51,886 nucleotides of DNA, from the NCBI GenBank assembly GCA_965197725.1, contig CBDANQ010000014.1, positions 1-51,886 of the forward strand, written 5' to 3'. The translations under genes were made by a program, and so were the position numbers. This document shows positions 48,803-51,886 of the stretch, piece after piece. The DNA comes from Longimicrobiales bacterium. GTDB taxonomy: Bacteria; Gemmatimonadota; Gemmatimonadetes; Longimicrobiales; Gaopeijiaceae. Below the pieces are notes generated by a model. It made no database searches, was not told where the DNA came from, and saw only the letters and a program-made list of their open reading frames with translations. How positions within the stretch are numbered: the stretch's first letter is position 1; every line of letters starts with the position of its first letter.

Positions 48803-49225
48803 GTGGAGACCTCCGTGCGTCCGGCTTCGTCCCTGAGACCAGCAATGCTCGCGCTCTGCGTCGCCGCGGCCGCCTGGTATGGCTGCGCCCCGTCCGCGGA
48901 CCGCGGGCCTGCGGAGCTGGAGGTGCGCCTGCGCACGGAGCCCAACCCGCCCGCCGTGGGCGGCACTCAGTTGCTCGTCACCGTCACCGACCTTGGCTGG
49001 CGTCCCGTAAACGGAGCGCAAGTCAGCGTGAAGGGCGGCCCCGTCGATGAACGGACCGATGCGATCTCGGTTTCGGCCGAGGGTCGAGGCACCGGTCAGT
49101 ACTTGGTCTCCGGCATCGATTTGGCAACCCCCGGCATTTGGAGGCTCACGATCCGGGTCGAACTGCCGGGCGGGCTGTGGAAGGAGATCGAGCATACGTT
49201 CGACGTGGGCCCTGCGAGCCCCTGA
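48803..49225 (+). CDS. FixH/YtkA-like exported lipoprotein (Ig-like fold)
   Basis: Leader ...AAAWYGC; TEPNPPAVG..QLLVTVTD..RPVNGAQV...GQY...PGIWRLTIRV. Confidence 0.65.
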   Translation: METSVRPASSLRPAMLALCVAAAAWYGCAPSADRGPAELEVRLRTEPNPPAVGGTQLLVTVTDLGWRPVNGAQVSVKGGPVDERTDAISVSAEGRGTGQYLVSGIDLATPGIWRLTIRVELPGGLWKEIEHTFDVGPASP

Positions 49226-49354
49226 CCCAGAACACACGGAGGCTACCCTCCCGACCCCGACCGCCACCTTCTCAGGAAGTCGCGCTCGGCGTGGGTGGAC
49301 GTGGCCCCCGGTTCCGAATTCTCCCGCGAGCGTGGGGTCGGCGCCCAGCGTCAT

Positions 49355-49545
49355 CTGTGGTCGAAGAAGTCGCGTGCGAAGGAGCGATCGCCCGTGACGC
49401 GGGCGAGGGCCGCCTAAGTCCCACTGATGATTGTTGGATCGGGACACCGTCACCGTCCAGCCGTCTTCGCCGGTGGCGCGGAAATTGTAGACGTTCTTCG
49501 CGAATTCGTGAAGCGCGTATCGTCCCTGCGAGGAGCGACTCATTC
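49355..49545 (-). pseudogene. Remnant of an M61-family metallopeptidase (N-terminal and distal pieces joined by a deletion)
   Basis: MSRSSQGRYALHEFAKNVYNFRA...HQWD, immediately followed in another frame by LARVTGDRSFARDFFDHR*. Confidence 0.5.
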
Positions 49546-49660
49546 CTGAGCTGGAGAGACGGCGGGCCAAGCTACCAGGCTCCCGAAGCCAGGGCTATGT
49601 TTGCCCGCGCCCGAGACCATATCTGTTCTCCGACCCAGGACAAGCGGGGGCAGGGATCCC

Positions 49661-50608
49661 ATGACGCTCACGACCGACTCGATACGAGCCCTCACGGAAG
49701 CGCTCGGCGCGGACCGAATCGAGCGTGATGTGCCGCTAGGCCCGATGACCACGTTTCGAATCGGAGGACCCGCGGATTTGCTGTACCGCGCGCGCACCGC
49801 CGATCAGCTGGCGCTCGCCATTCAGACCGCGCGGGGGCTGGACGTCCCACACTTCCTACTCGGTCGCGGGGCGAACATTCTGGTGGGCGACGGTGGTTTT
49901 CGCGGGCTGATCATTCGCTCGGAAGTCGGCGGCATCGAATTCCTGGACGACGCGCGCGTCCGCACGGGGGCCGGTGTTGAGACCTTTCCCGATCTGATCG
50001 ACGCGACCGTGGCTCAAGGGCTCGGCGGGCTTCACCACTACGTTGGGATCCCCAGCACGGTGGGGGGCGCGCTCTGGCAGAACTTGCACTTCCTCTCCCC
50101 CGCTCCGGAGCGGGAGCGAACGGTCTTCATCGAGGAGATTCTCGAGTCTGCGGACCTGCTGACCGAAGAAGGTGAGCGCAAGAACGTCGGCGTCGACTAT
50201 TTCGAGTTCGGATACGACCAAAGCATCCTGCATGACCGCGACGACGTCGTGCTCTCGGCGACCTTGCGACTCCGTCCCCAGGCCACGGACGAGCTTCGGC
50301 GGATCATGCGCGAGAACCTCGTGTGGCGGGACGAACGCCACCCCGATCTTTGGCTCTACCCGTGTGCTGGTTCGATCTTCCAGAAGATCGACGGCATAGG
50401 CGCAGGGCGGCTCGTCGACGAGTGTGGGCTGAAGGGTCACGTGTACGGTGGCGCAGGCATCTTCCACAAGCACGCCAACATCGTGGTCAACTTCGGCGGC
50501 GCCACAGCCCAAGAGGTGCGCTACCTCATCGACCTGGCACAGCAGACCGTAGCGCGAGAGACCGGACACGAGTTGGTCCCCGAGATCCTGTTCGTAGGGG
50601 AATTCTGA
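49661..50608 (+). CDS. murB: UDP-N-acetylmuramate dehydrogenase
   Basis: TTFRIGGPAD, LGRGANILV.D.G, GIPSTVGGA, AGSIF, KHANIVVNFGGATA, LVPE. Confidence 0.93.
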   Translation: MTLTTDSIRALTEALGADRIERDVPLGPMTTFRIGGPADLLYRARTADQLALAIQTARGLDVPHFLLGRGANILVGDGGFRGLIIRSEVGGIEFLDDARVRTGAGVETFPDLIDATVAQGLGGLHHYVGIPSTVGGALWQNLHFLSPAPERERTVFIEEILESADLLTEEGERKNVGVDYFEFGYDQSILHDRDDVVLSATLRLRPQATDELRRIMRENLVWRDERHPDLWLYPCAGSIFQKIDGIGAGRLVDECGLKGHVYGGAGIFHKHANIVVNFGGATAQEVRYLIDLAQQTVARETGHELVPEILFVGEF

Positions 50609-50630
50609 AGACCACCGGTCGTGCGGGCAC

Positions 50631-50752
50631 TGTGGGCGTGACCCGACCGACCATGACCGTGTCGACCGCTCCCATCGCCACCATGCCGATCTGGACCAGC
50701 GCGACCGGAAGCGTTAGCCGCGCAAGATCGCGGAGGTTTCGGCGATCGGGTC
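50631..50752 (-). pseudogene. N-terminal remnant of a MATE-family efflux transporter
   Basis: LRDLARLTLPVALVQIGMVAMGAVDTVMVGRV matches MATE TM1 (..DT.MVG); the gene is cut off before the murB 3' end. Confidence 0.6.
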
Positions 50753-50792
50753 GCTACGCCCCGACGCGGGCGCGTTCACCCTCGCGGACGCC

Positions 50793-51176
50793 TCAGAGTT
50801 CAGGCGTCGTCGCCTCGCGATCTGATTCACCAATCGACGGGTGCCGTCCGGCGCGTTCTCTCAGCAGCCGGTCCCTCCGGACTTCCTGCAGCAGAAGCGC
50901 CTCGTCGTCCGGTGGCGGTTCGAACGTCGGCTGACTCCCCTCCGGCACGATGAAGAGGGACACCCACGTCGTCGGCGTGCCCATCCAGAACGCAAAGAAC
51001 CGGCTAAATCCGCGGATACCCTTACGCCTGAGGTCGAGGTAGACGAGGTTCGACACTGCCCACACTACCGCGGTCACCGTCGCTTCTAGCATGAGTCCCG
51101 CCTCGGGAAGGTCGAGGGAGTACGCGACGTCACATCCGGCGGCGAGTGGAAGCAGCGCGAGCCCACAGGCCCGCAC
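50793..51176 (-). CDS. Hypothetical membrane protein
   Basis: Hydrophobic segments and a charged C-terminal tail; start uncertain (GTG 51176 or ATG 51092). Confidence 0.55.
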   Translation of the reverse strand: MRACGLALLPLAAGCDVAYSLDLPEAGLMLEATVTAVVWAVSNLVYLDLRRKGIRGFSRFFAFWMGTPTTWVSLFIVPEGSQPTFEPPPDDEALLLQEVRRDRLLRERAGRHPSIGESDREATTPEL

Positions 51177-51460
51177 GCCCGACCGTCCGCCTATTGAGTC
51201 ACCCCGCTTCACGTCTCCCCCTGGCGCCGGGTACGCGGAACGCCCGGGATCCTTCCGGCGCCCGGCGTCGCCGCACCGCTCCCTACCCCCGAACATACGC
51301 GCGTTTCCTTTCCACTCCAATCACACGAGTCACGGTACTCGACACTCGCTGACCCGCGACGCCGGCCATACAGGAGACCCTGCTGACGGCCGAGATCGTG
51401 GAACGCTAAGCGGCCGGTGCGCTCGCCGCGGCTTCGAGCCAGGACGCAAAATGAAGCGCT

Positions 51461-51730
51461 TCAGCCCCGCTCTCTTAGGGGCGGGGTGTCATCCCTGACG
51501 GCACCGTCGTCCACCAGCGTGTGCTCCCCCGCCCCCAGTTCCGGGTAGCGCCACGCTATCAGAATCGCGAGGGGTACGCCGAGCAGCATGCAGCCGCGCG
51601 CCAGCGTTCCAAACAGCGGCGGCAGCGCCAAAACACGCTGCAGCCAATCGAGCGCCGGCAACACGACCGCGGCGCCGACGGCGTACGCCAGCAGGACCCG
51701 CAGCACCCTGCGAATCGGAAGTTCGGTCAA
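51461..51730 (-). CDS. Small two-TM membrane protein
   Basis: RRVLRVLLAYAVGAAVV...LP......LLGVPLAILIAWRY; overlaps the upstream stop. Confidence 0.6.
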   Translation of the reverse strand: MTELPIRRVLRVLLAYAVGAAVVLPALDWLQRVLALPPLFGTLARGCMLLGVPLAILIAWRYPELGAGEHTLVDDGAVRDDTPPLRERG

Positions 51731-51885
51731 CGCCCCAGGGCCGCCAAGAACGCCAAAACGGCCGAGGTCAGGCCCTCCGTGTCCTCGATATAGGGAAAGT
51801 GCCCGCTGTTCAGCACAGCTAGCGAGCCGCGCGGTAGCGCCTCGGACAGCGCTCGGGCCATATCGACAGGCGGGATGTCGTAGCG
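51727..51885 (-). CDS. Alpha/beta hydrolase, C-terminal part (5' end outside the window)
   Basis: RYDIPPVDMARALSEALPRGSLAVLNSGHFPYIED...AFL*, with catalytic Asp and His motifs. Confidence 0.75.
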   Translation of the reverse strand, partial: RYDIPPVDMARALSEALPRGSLAVLNSGHFPYIEDTEGLTSAVLAFLAALGR

Positions 51886-51886
51886 A

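Overview
GC-rich bacterial chromosomal segment. Gene order and protein style suggest Gemmatimonadota (inference, not checked). About 8.8-44.3 kb is a mostly minus-strand housekeeping block: secD-secF-tatD-mutL-miaA-bshA-uppP-birA-coaX, groES-groEL with a CIRCE element, thrS-infC-rpmI-rplT-pheS-pheT-zapB-like-zapA-rny-folD-xseA-xseB-ispA-dxs-nadK-recN. A few secreted or envelope genes are interspersed: a VPS10/BNR protein, an M28 peptidase, a DUF4105/Lnb-like protein and a DUF4168-like protein. The first 7 kb is a decaying accessory region abutting tRNA-Gly(GCC). It contains an integrase remnant, a serine hydrolase, a B12-binding radical SAM enzyme, fused amidase/SDR/QueA-like remnants, a complete IS256 element with TIRs and an 8-bp target duplication, and a signal-peptide-bearing FAH-family gene missed by the ORF track. 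At 44.4-48.5 kb there is a compact operon of REC-GGDEF cyclase, PilB/GspE-type ATPase with a C-terminal receiver domain, and a porin, with no other pilus or T2SS genes in the window. This is the best candidate for an undescribed system. Other notable signals: a terminator/antiterminator leader ahead of AUC-initiated infC, a three-hairpin leader with a small ORF before secD, a shared 21-mer in two intergenic regions, a low-GC3 patch inside pheT, many internally deleted pseudogenes, and single-base homopolymer frameshifts in groES and uppP (probably sequencing errors). No CRISPR array or rRNA was seen.
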